DNA from: Macrostomum lignano
Taxonomy: Eukaryota
Direction of reading: 5' to 3'
Assembly (NCBI GenBank): GCA_002269645.1
Contig: NIVC01003638.1
Location: forward strand, 1 to 64,000
Length of the DNA: 64,000 bases
The translations under genes and the position numbers were made by a program. The notes beneath the pieces are model-generated. The model made no database searches. It was not told the origin of the DNA and was given only the letters and a program-made list of their open reading frames with translations. This document shows positions 36,101-47,517 of the stretch, piece after piece. Numbering within the stretch: the first letter of the stretch is position 1; every line of letters starts with the position of its first letter.

Positions 36101-37737
36101 CCAGGGCGGTCTGGTGTTCGTTTGCGGCTCAGCCGAGGGCCTCATCGTGGTCTCGGGCCGGCGCCACAACTCGGACGATCTCATCGCTACGGTGCTGGCC
36201 GTTGAGCCTCTGAAATTTGTACACCGCGGCCGCATCGCCGTATTCAGCCAGGAGCTTCTCCGCGACGAGCGCGTCATTGTGGTTGCCGAGCAGCGGCCAG
36301 ACGCCACCGAGGAGCAGAGCTTCCAGTGGATGTCGCACGTGCTCCAAGCGGTGGACAGCATCCACCAGGTTGGCGTCTATTGCATCGCATTGGCGCCGCC
36401 GAACTCGCTGCCGCGCAGTCCTCAGGGCGGCGTCTGTCCACGGGAGACCCGCCGGCGCTACCTGGCCAACCAGCTGCACCCGTGCAGCGTGCTGCTGTGC
36501 CCGCACTCCACCGTCACCAACCTGCCGAGGCCGCGCGAGCTCCCAAATCCAGCGCACGGCCCAATGTCCGCCCTGCTCGGCTCGCTTGTCCAGGGCGGCC
36601 GGCCCGCCTTCGCCGAGGGCCGCCAGGTGCCGCCCTCCGCCTCGCCAGATGATGCAGCCGCCGCGGCCAGCCTGGCTGAGGCGCTTCGCTGGCGAGTTGC
36701 GGCCTCGGCGTCAGCGGACAACGGCGGCGGGCAGCATCAGCAGCAGCAGAGGCGGCTTCTCTCCTGTCTGAACGGCCGGCTTCAGGAGACCGCCGTGGCG
36801 GCACCAGCGGCGCTGATGAAACGGGCGGAGAAACTCGCCAACGCGCTGCGGTCCCGCGTACACCGGGACGCCGTGGTGGCCATCGCCCTGCCGCCCGGCC
36901 TGGACCTGGCGGCGGCCGTGTTCGCCTGCCAGCTGGCCGCCTGTGTGCCGCTGCCCGTCCGGCCGCCCGCCGCCGCCTCCGGTCTCAACACCTGCCGATT
37001 GATTATCGAATCTGGCCGGGCGACCCTGTTGCTAACCACTCAACCGGTTGCTAAGCTGATGCGATCCAAAGACGCTATGGCTCTTGGCTGCTCCTGGCCG
37101 CCGATTGTCGATGTTGACGACGCCAGACGGCGGCACAGCAGCTCCGCGCCTCCGCCTCCGCCGCCGTCGACAGAATCAGGCGCTGCCGCGAATAACTCGG
37201 TAAACGGCTCAGCAAATGACGTCGCCGAATCGACCGCCTATTTGGATTATTCAGTGAGCACCACGGGCCTGCTGACCGGAGTTCGATTCACCCAGCGAGC
37301 GGCCGTGGCTCTCTGCCGCAGTTTGAAGCTGCAGTGCGAGCTGTACCCGGCTAGGGAGGTGGCGCTGTGCCTGGATCCCTATAGCGGGCTCGGCTTCGTG
37401 CTGTGGTGCCTTAGCGGCGTGTTCGCCGGCCACCAGACTGTGCTGCTGCCGCCTGCCGAGCTGGAGGCCAATCCAGCCGCCTTTCTGCTGCTGCTCAGTC
37501 AGAGACAGATTCGGGACGCTTTCTGCAGCTACACTGTGCTGGAGCACTGCACCAGGGAGCTGGCCGGCTGCGTGGATGCGCTCAAGGTGGGCTTCTGTGT
37601 GTCTGCCTGCCTGCCTGCCTGCCTGTCTGTCTGTCTGTCTGTCTGTGTGTCTGCCTGTCTGTCTGTCTGTCTGCCTGTCTGTCTGTCTGACTGTCTGTCT
37701 GTCTGTGTCTGCGTGTCTGTGTGTCTGTCTGTGTGCC

Positions 37738-37800
<63 letters not shown>

Positions 37801-37833
37801 GTGCCTGTCTGCCTGTCTGTCTGTCTGCCTGCC

Positions 37834-37868
<35 letters not shown>

Positions 37869-37973
37869 GTGCCTGTCTGCCTGTCTGTCTGTGTGTCTGT
37901 CTGTCTGCCTGTCTGTCTGTCTGTCTGCCTGTCTGTCTGCCTGTCTGTCTGTGTGTCTGTCTGTCTGTCTGCC

Positions 37974-38008
<35 letters not shown>

Positions 38009-38303
38009 GTGCCTGCCTGCTTGTCTGTCTGTCTGTCTGTCTGTCTGTGTGTCTGCCTGCCTGCCTGCCTGCCTGCCTGTCTGTCTGTCTGTCTGTGTGT
38101 CTGTCTGCCTGTCTGTCTGCCTGTCTGTCTGTGTGTCTGTCTGTCTGTCTGTCTGCCTGTCTGTGTGTCTGTCTGCCTGTCTGTCTGCCTGTCTGTCTGT
38201 CTGCCTGTCTGTCTGTCTGACTGTCTGTCTGTCTGTCTGTCTGTCTGTGTCTGTGTGTCTATCCTTCTGTCTGTCTGTCTGTCTGTCTGTGTCTGTGTGT
38301 CTA

Positions 38304-38344
<41 letters not shown>

Positions 38345-41300
38345 GTCTGTGTGTCTATCCTTCTGTCTGTCTGTCTGTCTGTCTGTCTGTTTATACAGAA
38401 TTTGGCTCGCTATGCAAGTTGCTTGAGCAAAATTTAGTGAAGATTTTTCAACTGTCTTTTATTTCTTAGACAGTATTTCTAATATCTATGTTTGTGATGT
38501 TGCAGGATCTGTTGTCTGATTAAAAAGCGAATATTTCGCTGAGGCTAATAAAAAGTGCAATTTTTCATCTTCTTTGTACCGATCTGCTCTTCCATCGTAT
38601 GTATGAAGCATGCAAACAGTTTCCGAATCTTCTTTCCATATTAAGATTAATGCAAACATTTTGATCAGCCTCTGTCTGTCTGTCGCTAAATGACTGTCTG
38701 TGACCTCTTATCTAGCTAGGGATTCGATGATCCATCTGCTCCCTCCGCACTGGCAGATCACAAAACACTATGCATGACTAATCAATGATATTCCTCTGGT
38801 CTACTGTGTGTCTTGTACGTATAGTAGTCCACTGTAGTTGGCAAACAGGACAAGCCCGTTCACTTCCAGTGCACCCTAACGATTCAGGATTCAAGTTCAG
38901 GACTTTTGTTTGGTAGTCCTGCACAGCAAGAGCCAGTAGCCACATCTGAGGGGTTACACCGACACATTGGAAACTAGTAACCACAATGGAGGATCCTACA
39001 CTGATATGATAGGAGCTAGTGACCACAGGTGGTCCTGCACAATGGGAGCTAGTGACCACAGGTGGTCCTGCACAATGGGAGCTAGTGACCACAGGTGGTC
39101 CTGCACAATGGGAGCTAGTAACCACAGGTGGTCCTGCACAATGGGAGCTAGTGACCACAGGTGGTCCTGCACAATGGGAGCTAGTGACCACAGGTGGTCC
39201 TGCACAATGGGAGCTAGTAACCACAGGTGGTCCTGCACAATGGGAGCTAGTAACCACAGGTGGTCCTGCACAATGGGAGCTAGTGACCACAGGTGGTCCT
39301 GCACAATGGGAGCTAGTAACCACAGGTGGTCCTGCACAATGGGAGCTAGTGACCACAGGTGGTCCTGCACAATGGGAGCTAGTGACCACAGGTGGTCCTG
39401 CACAATGGGAGCTAGTAACCACAGGTGGTCCTGCACAATGGGAGCTAGTGACCACAGGTGGTCCTGCACAATGGGAGCTAGTGACCACAGGTGGTCCTGC
39501 ACAATGGGAGCTAGTAACCACAGGTGGTCCTGCACAATGGGAGCTAGTGACCACAGGTGGTCCTGCACAATGGGAGCTAGTAACCACAGGTGGTCCTGCA
39601 CAATGGGAGCTAGTGACCACAGGTGGTCCTGCACAATGGGAGCTAGTGACCACAGGTGGTCCTGCACAATGTGAGCTAGTGACCACAGGTGGTCCTGCAC
39701 AATGGGAGCTAGTAACCACAGGTGGTCCTGCACAATGGAAGCTAGTAACCACAGGTGGTCCTGCACAATGGGAGCTAGTGACCACAGGTGGTCCTGCACA
39801 ATGGGAGCTAGTGACCACAGGTGGTTCTGCACAATGGGAGCTAGTGACCACAGGTGGTTCTGCACAATGGGAGCTAGTGACCACAGGTGGTTCTGCACAA
39901 TGGGAGCTAGTGACCACACCTGGTTCTGCACAATGGGAGCTAGTGACCACAGGTGGTCCTGCACAATGGGAGCTAGTGACCACAGGTGGTTCTGCACAAT
40001 GGGAGCTAGTGACCACACCTGGTTCTGCACAATAGGAGCTAGTGACCACACCTGGTTCTGCACAATGGGAGCTAGTGACCACACCTGGTTCTGCACAATG
40101 GGAGCTAGTGAGCACACCTGGTCCTGCACAATGGGAGCTAGTGACCACAGGTGGTCCTGCACAATGGGAGCTAGTGACCACAGGTGGTCCTGCACAATGG
40201 GAGCTAGTGACCACAGGTGGTCCTGCACAATGGGAGCTAGTAACCACAGGTGGTCCTGCACAATGGGAGCTAGTGACCACAGGTGGTCCTGCACAATGGG
40301 AGCTAGTGACCACAGGTGGTCCTGCACAATGGGAGCTAGTAACCACAGGTGGTCCTGCACAATGGGAGCTAGTGACCACAGGTGGTCCTGCACAATGGGA
40401 GCTAGTAACCACAGGTGGTCCTGCACAATGGGAGCTAGTGACCACAGGTGGTCCTGCACAATGGGAGCTAGTGACCACAGGTGGTCCTGCACAATGTGAG
40501 CTAGTGACCACAGGTGGTCCTGCACAATGGGAGCTAGTAACCACAGGTGGTCCTGCACAATGGAAGCTAGTAACCACAGGTGGTCCTGCACAATGGGAGC
40601 TAGTGACCACAGGTGGTCCTGCACAATGGGAGCTAGTGACCACAGGTGGTTCTGCACAATGGGAGCTAGTGACCACAGGTGGTTCTGCACAATGGGAGCT
40701 AGTGACCACAGGTGGTCCTGCACAATGGTAGCTAGTGACCACACCTGGTCCTGCACAATGGTAGCTAGTAACCACACCTGGTCGTGCGCACATCACACCT
40801 TACTCTCCTGCTTCAGCAAAAGCAGCAGATCAACCTGTCGAACCTCCGGTCCCTGGTGGTCGTATCCGAGGAGCGGCCCCGGCTGTCTCTGCTCACCAGC
40901 TTCGGCCGGCTGTTCAGCCCGCTAGGCTTGAAACCGTCTGTTGTCAGCGCCTCATTTGGTTGCCGAGTGAATCCGTGCGTCTGTCTGCAGGGCGCCTCGG
41001 CTCCGGAGCCGGCCACGCTGTACGCGGATTCCCGTGCTCTGCGGGCGGACAGAATCAGCTTGGTTGAACGGGGCAGTCCGCGCTCTCTGCCGCTGATGGA
41101 GTGCGGCGAATTGCTGGCTGGTACTCAGGTAGGCAGCTGGGGTGGCCTTGTGCCTGTCCGAATTGTTCACTGTGGACTCGGGTCACTGGCTCCTGTGTCT
41201 CTTTTCCCTTGTCTCTGCTGCTCCTCTGCCTGTGCCTGTCCACTCTTCCCATCCCCTCCTTTCCTGTCACCATTTCTCTCTCAATCTCCCTCTCTCTCCC

Positions 41301-44237
41301 TCCCCTCTCTCTCCCTCCCCTCTCCCTCTCTCCCTCCCCTCTTCCTCTCTCCCTCCCCTCTCCTTCTCTCCCTCCCCTCTCCCTCTCTCCCTCCCCTCTT
41401 CCTCTCTCCCTCCCCTCTCCTTCTCTCCCTCCCCTCTCCCTCTCTCCCTCCCCTCTTCCTCTCTCCCTCCCCTCTCCCTCTCTCCCTCCCTCTCCCTCTC
41501 TCCCTCCCCTCTCCTTCTCTCCCTCCCTCTCCCTCTCTCCCTCCCTCTCCCTCTCTCCCTCCCCTCTCCCTCTCTCCCTCCCCTCTCCCTCTCTCCCTCC
41601 CCTCTCCTTCTCTCCCTCCCCTCTCCCTCTCTCCCTCCCCTCTCCCTCTCTCCCTCCCCTCTTCCTCTCTCCCTCCCCTCTCCCTCTCTCCCTCCCCTCT
41701 CCCTCTCTCCCTCCCCTCTCCCTCTCTCCCTCCCCTCTTCCTCTCTCCCTCCCCTCTCCCTCTCTCCCTCCCCTCTCCCTCTCTCCCTCCCCTCTCCCTC
41801 TCTCCCTCCCTCTCCTTTTCTCCCTCCCCTCTCCTTCTCTCCCTCCCCTCTCCCTCTCTCCCTCCCCTCTCCCTCTCTCCCTCCCCTCTCCCTCTCTCCC
41901 TCCCCTCTCCTTCTCTCCCTCCCCTCTCCCTCTCTCCCTCCCCTCTCCCTCTCTCCCTCCCCTCTTCCTCTCTCCCTCCCCTCTCCCTCTCTCCCTCCCC
42001 TCTCCCTCTCTCCCTCCCCTCTTCCTCTCTCCCTCCCCTCTCCCTCTCTCCCTCCCCTCTCCACTCTGTCCCTCCCCTTCACTCTATCTCCCTCTCACTC
42101 ACCCGTATTATCTTCCGCTTTACCTCTTCTCTCCTTCGCTCCCGTCTCCCTCTCTCTTCTTCTCCCTATATCTGCCTATTTTACCTGTAGTGATCCGTCC
42201 TTAAAGTTCTTCAAAAATGAATCAAGGAAATTTTTGAACGCAAATAGAAAATTTGCCGCTAAATAAAAAGAAATTTGTTTTATTTTTTTCAGTTATAATA
42301 TTTTTAAAGGAATTGATTGGATGTCTAATGCTTGAAAGGAATTTTTGATGCCGAAAAAATATTTTAATAAAAGTACATTCTCTATCCAATTCATAATACA
42401 AACACAAAATACCGCGGGCTCTTTTCAGCACTTAACAAAAATTTTAATTTATCTAAAATCATTTTCGCATGCATTTATCTATCCACCGTGAATCTATTTT
42501 TAGAAGCATCAAAGTACCCGCAATTTAGCTGGATGGCTGGCTCCGTTTTCCTTTGAAAATTGGCGGGATATCCGCCAAGTGAGCATACGTCCCAGGCCTG
42601 TCCAATTAAAATACAACAGTCTCAAAACCATGGGGGGATAATAGGCGCGAAAATAGACCTTCTGATGCGATAAAGTGAGTCTGATAAGCGCTGAAATCAG
42701 TCTGATAAGCGCTGAAATCAGTCTGATAAGCGCTAAAATCAGTCTGATAAGCGCTGATAAGCGCTGAAATCTGTCTGAAAAGCGCTGAAATCTGTCTGAT
42801 AAGCGCTAAAATCAGTCTGATAAGCGCTGATAAGAGTCTGATAAGCGCTGAAATCAGTCTGATAAGCGCTAAAATAAGTCTGATAAGCGCTGAAATGAGT
42901 CTGATAAGCGCTGAAATGAGTCTGATATGATTAGCGCTAAAATGTGTCTGATAAGCGCTGAAATCAGTCTGATAAGCGCTAAAATGAGTCTGATAAGCGC
43001 TGATATGAGTCTGATAAGCGCTAAAATGAGTCTGATATGATTAGCGCTAAAATGTCTGATAAGCGCTGATATGAGTCTGATATGCGCTAAAATGAGTCAA
43101 AGCGCAAGCTTACCAACGCTATAAATTCACTTAATCCCCACTCGCCAACCAGGTAATCGTGGCTAATCCGGACTCCCGAACCCAATGCGCCGACAGTCAC
43201 CTTGGCGAACTGTGGGTCCGGGCCGCGCACAACGCCGCAGGCTATTGGTCGGTGGTCGGCAGCGGCGGCGCCAGCGGCGGCGATCTGGACGCCTGCTCCG
43301 GCCAGTTCGACACCACTCTTGTCGGCGACGCGGCCGGAAGCGAGACGACCTACGCTCGAACCGGATTTTTGGGCTTCGTTCGGCGAATGGACATCACCGG
43401 GGGCGACGGCGCCAAGCACGACGCCGTATTCATTGTCGGGGCGCTTGATGAGGCGCTGCAGCTGCGCGGATTTCGCTACCATCCTGTTGATATTGAGGCT
43501 ACCGTGGCGCGCTGTCATCACTGCGTTGGCGAATGGTGAGACCTGCTTGCTTGAGTCACGGCTGGCGATTAGGGGTGACGATTGGAGTGACACATTTTGT
43601 ATGGGTGACGATTGGAGTGACACATTTTGTATGGGTGACAATTGGAGTGACACATTTTGTATGGGTGAAAATTGGAGTGACACATTTTGTATGGGTGACA
43701 ATTGGAGTGACACATTTTGTATGGGTGACAATTGTAGTGACACATTTTGTATGGGTGAAAATTGGAGTGACACATTTTGTATGAGAGACAATTGTAGTGC
43801 CACTTTGTATGGGTGACAATTGGAGTGACCCATTTTGTATGGGTGACATATTAGTTACCTTTGAGTCATGTTTTTTTAAAATAATTTTCTTACAGATAAA
43901 GAAATCCAATTCAGACTACTAGCAGTAGAAAGGTGAGAATTATAAAATGTGAAAATAAATTTTAAAACCAAAATTGTTTTTCAGCGCCGTGTTCACCTGG
44001 CGCTCCCTGCTAGTCGTAGTTGCCGAACTACAAGGTCGCGAGTTCGAAGCCTTAGATTTAATCCCCGCCATCACGTCCAGCGTGCTTCGGGAGCACCATC
44101 TCATTGCGGGAGTTGTAGTGGTGTGCGACCCCGGCGCCATACCCATGAACAGCCGGGGCGAGAAGCAGCGAATGCACCTGAGAGACGGCTTCCTTGACGA
44201 CAAGCTGGACCCCATCTATGTTGCCTACAATCTCTGA
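24182..44237 (+). CDS. DIP2: Disco-interacting protein 2 homolog. Exons 24182-24269, 25929-26279, 29159-30183, 31202-32077, 32808-33047, 36105-37586, 40817-41128, 43153-43535, 43985-44237; 5010 nt, 1669 aa.
   Basis: The DMAP1-binding N-terminus [19 protein letters not shown]|[11 protein letters not shown] is followed by two AMP-binding (acyl-CoA synthetase-like) domains. Conserved DIP2 motifs include [47 protein letters not shown] and EERPR, with the C-terminus [29 protein letters not shown]. All eight introns are GT-AG with consistent phases. Confidence 0.96.
26358..29077. repeat. 22-bp tandem array (AGACAGATGCCCAAAGACAGTC and variants) in DIP2 intron 2
   Basis: Direct reading, about 2.7 kb. 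Confidence 0.95.
30267..31149. repeat. 30-bp tandem array (GGCTTCAGGGAAGCGGTAGTTCAGTCTGRT)n in DIP2 intron 3
   Basis: Direct reading. Confidence 0.95.
32130..32752. repeat. About 20-bp purine-rich array (GTAGGAGAGGGGAAAGGGGT)n in DIP2 intron 4
   Basis: Direct reading. Confidence 0.9.
33060..34040. repeat. 20-bp tandem array (GAATGGCATGTATAGTTGTG / ..TTTGG)n in DIP2 intron 5
   Basis: Direct reading. It starts about 12 nt after the donor. Confidence 0.95.
34728..35207. repeat. 17-bp tandem array (TGTCTACCCTCCCCGAY)n in DIP2 intron 5
   Basis: Direct reading. Confidence 0.95.
35655..35995. repeat. 23-bp tandem array (TTTGGGGATTATTCGTGTTGGAG)n in DIP2 intron 5
   Basis: Direct reading. Confidence 0.9.
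37595..38392. repeat. (TCTG/CCTG/TGTG)n microsatellite in DIP2 intron 6
   Basis: Direct reading. It starts just after the AAG|GTGGGC donor at 37587. Confidence 0.95.
39010..40790. repeat. 33-bp tandem array (GAGCTAGTGACCACAGGTGGTCCTGCACAATGG)n in DIP2 intron 6
   Basis: Direct reading, about 54 units. Confidence 0.95.
41280..42075. repeat. 19-bp polypyrimidine array (TCTCCCTCTCTCCCTCCCC)n in DIP2 intron 7
   Basis: Direct reading. Confidence 0.92.
42678..43097. repeat. About 21-bp tandem array (CTGATAAGCGCTGAAATCAGT)n in DIP2 intron 7
   Basis: Direct reading. Confidence 0.9.
43575..43848. repeat. 30-bp tandem array (GGGTGACAATTGGAGTGACACATTTTGTAT)n in DIP2 intron 8
   Basis: Direct reading. 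Confidence 0.92.
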
Positions 44238-44889
44238 GCTACCATGTAATTACCGAGTTGACTTTTTTACAGAAAGAAGCGTTTTAGACTGGCTAATCAG
44301 TAGTATTGTACGCGCATGCTCAGCTGTCTTTTATTTATTAAAATTCTGAATGCAATTTTTTGAACAAAACTTTGCATGCATATAGTATTGTGTTATAATC
44401 AGGCAATTTCTATACATCTCATGTTTGCTTGGCTTTTTATTATGGCTAAATTGCTTCTGTTTATGATTTTTTCAGTCGCTTCCCGCGAACAGCACTGGCT
44501 ATTGAACATTATGAGCTTAGCTTTTTTAATGCAACTTGTCGCAATCCTGCTATAGAATGGGGTACTACTTTTTCAAGTAGTAGTATATATCGATGCATGC
44601 TAGTATTCTATCTGGCTACTTTGCTGTTATTTTCGATCAAATTTGCTTAACTGTCTATTGCTTGTTTTGCTTTGTTATATCACTATATTATCCATTCAAA
44701 TTTTGCACCTGTGCGTACTGTACTACTGTACGTCTTTCAGCCTATCCGTTGTGTACCTGCCTGTCTGCATTGCATGGCCGCTGTTTGTTCGCACATTTTG
44801 CTGCAGTCTCTTTAACAGTGCGTATTGGCGTCTGTCTTCTTTCAGCCTAAAGGTGTGAAAATGTTCCTGATAAGCAGCCAACTTAAACA

Positions 44890-45795
44890 TGCCCACTCCA
44901 ATGTACACCCACCCACTCCAATGTACACCCACCCACTCCAATGTACACCCGCCCACTCCAATGTACACCCGCCCACTCCAATGTACACCCACCCACTCCA
45001 ATGTACACCCACCCACTCCAATGTACACCCACCCACTCCAATGTACACCCGCCCACTCCAATGTACACCCACCCACTCCAATGTACACCCGCCCACTCCA
45101 ATGTACACCCACCCACTCCAATGTACACCCGCCCACTCCAATGTACACCCGCCCACTCCAATGTACACCCACCCACTCCAATGTACACCCGCCCACTCCA
45201 ATGTACACCGCCCACTCCAATGTACACCCACCCACTCCAATGTATACCCACCCACTCCAATGTACACCCGCCCACTCCAATGTACACCCACCCACTCCAA
45301 TGTACACCCACCCACTCCAATGTACACCCACCCACTCCAATGTACACCCACCCACTCCAATGTACACCCGCCCACTCCAATGTACACCCACCCACTCCAA
45401 TGTACACCCGCCCACTCCAATGTACACCCGCCCACTCCAATGTACACCCGCCCACTCCAATGTACACCCACCCACTCCAATGTACACCCGCCCACTCCAA
45501 TGTACACCCGCCCACTCCAATGTACACCCACCCACTCCAATGTACACCCACCCACTCCAATGTACACCCGCCCACTCCAATGTACACCCGCCCACTCCAA
45601 TGTACACCCGCCCACTCCAATGTACACCCACCCACTCCAATGTACACCCACCCACTCCAATGCACACCCACCCACTCCAATGTACACCCGCCCACTCCAA
45701 TGTACACCCACCCACTCCAATGTACACCCACCCACTCCAATGCACACCCACCCACTCCAATGCACACCCACCCACTCCAATGTACACCCACCCCT
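44890..45795. repeat. 20-bp tandem array (CCCACTCCAATGTACACCCR)n downstream of the DIP2 stop
   Basis: Direct reading, about 45 units. Confidence 0.95.
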
Positions 45796-46594
45796 ACTCA
45801 TCCACTACAATGTACAGCCGCCCCCACCCATACATTGACCCATTCCGATTCCAGTTTAGGTAATAAATTTTAGTCGTTTATTATCTACTAACAGGAGTAG
45901 TGTGGTTGGAAAATCAGTAGTATTTCGCGCAGAATGTTAATTAAATTTCCTTGCAGCTCGACAAGATTGGTTGCTTTTTTATCAGCCCGGTAGGAAAATT
46001 TTTGTATGAAATTTTTATTACTTAGTGAGAATAGTATATGGCTTCTGGCTATTCTTTTAAAATATAATTGTCACCCCTATCAGACGTGCATGTACATGTG
46101 CTTGAAGCTTTCGCTAATTATTTCTGTTACTGTTGTATATCATACCTATCGGCTGCTTATAATCCATGTTAAGCATTGTTTTTTACCTCTCCTAAACAAT
46201 AATAACAAATATTATTATTACTAATAATGTGCTGCAAATATTTGTATAAAAAAGTCACTCAATACATAATTATTTACCATATGATCTGTGTACTTTTATT
46301 ATGCACTGATATGTGACTTTACAGTTTTTTGTGTTTTCAAGAATACATTATTATTATAGCTGTACTTTATATTATACTATATAATTGTGCAGCCTCATAA
46401 ATCAGTAAATCCTGGTTGAGTTAAATGAAATGTACTTTCTTATTCAAATATATACTGAATCACCTGTGAGCCATTTTGCAGTACCGGCTTTTTTGTACTA
46501 ACTATATTAATAATTAATGTGCTTTTGAGCGTTTCCAATTAGTTTAACCATTTCATAGTGCCACCTGTTCAATGTGCTTAAAAGACTTAGGATG

Positions 46595-47095
46595 AAAGAT
46601 TGGGATTGTGAAGCTGGAGGGTTGTGAAGATTGGGATTGTGAAGCTGGGGTGTTGTGAAGATTGGGGATTGTGAAGATTAGGGATCGTGAAGTTTGGAGA
46701 TTGTAAAGATTGGGGATTGTGAAGCTTGGGGATTGTGAAGATTGGGATTGTGAAGCTGGAGGGTTGTGAAGATTGGGATTGTGAAGCTGGGGGTTGTGAA
46801 GATTGGGATTTTGAAGCTGGGGGTTGTGAAGATTGGGATTGTGAAGCTGGTGGTTGTGAAGATTGGGATTGTGAAGCTGGTGGTTGTGAAGATTGGGATT
46901 GTGAAGCTGGGGTGTTGTGAAGATTGGGGATTGTGAAGATTAGGGATTGTGAATGTTGGGGATTGTGAGGATTAGGGATTGTAAAGATTGGGGGTTGTGA
47001 AGATTGGGGATTGTGAAGATTAAGGATGTTAAAATTGGGGACTGTAAAGAATGGGGACTGTGAAGCCTGGGATTGTGAAGATTGGGGATTGCGAA
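46595..47095. repeat. Degenerate 15/30-bp array (GATTGGGATTGTGAAGCTGGGGGTTGTGAA)n
   Basis: Direct reading. Confidence 0.85.
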
Positions 47096-47517
47096 GCTCG
47101 AATAGTCGAAGAACCCACTGTGGAAATGCTACCGTTGAACCATCGCTGTCTGTGGCATTTATGATCGAAGCTAGAAAATCGGGCAACACATTTACATCTC
47201 GGTCAAAGCCAGGCAAATGTTGCTGAATAAGTTAAATGCTAAAATGTTAGGAACAATTTCTGCATGGCTGTTAAACCGTGAACATCCTGGTGACATTTAG
47301 CTGACTCCTGGCGCCTGCACGGCAACCCCATTTGTCAAGGTATATAATTTCGAACTTCACTTTAGCTATGAAATGCGTCGCGCTCAGCATTGCATTGTAA
47401 CAAAACTGTTGGCCTGTGCAGGTATACGCAGTCACACTCGTGCCTTTCCTACCTTCATTGCGCAAAACTTTGTGCGGCTTGAGAAAGCGATGGCGTTGTC
47501 AGATCTAGCGGCCTCGC

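Noticed and set aside
37587-38426. Cys/Leu/Ser/Val-rich C-terminal extension of the 770-aa ORF 36114-38426
   Set aside because: This is read-through into the (TCTG)n microsatellite. DIP2 homology resumes at 40817 after the AAG|GT donor at 37586.
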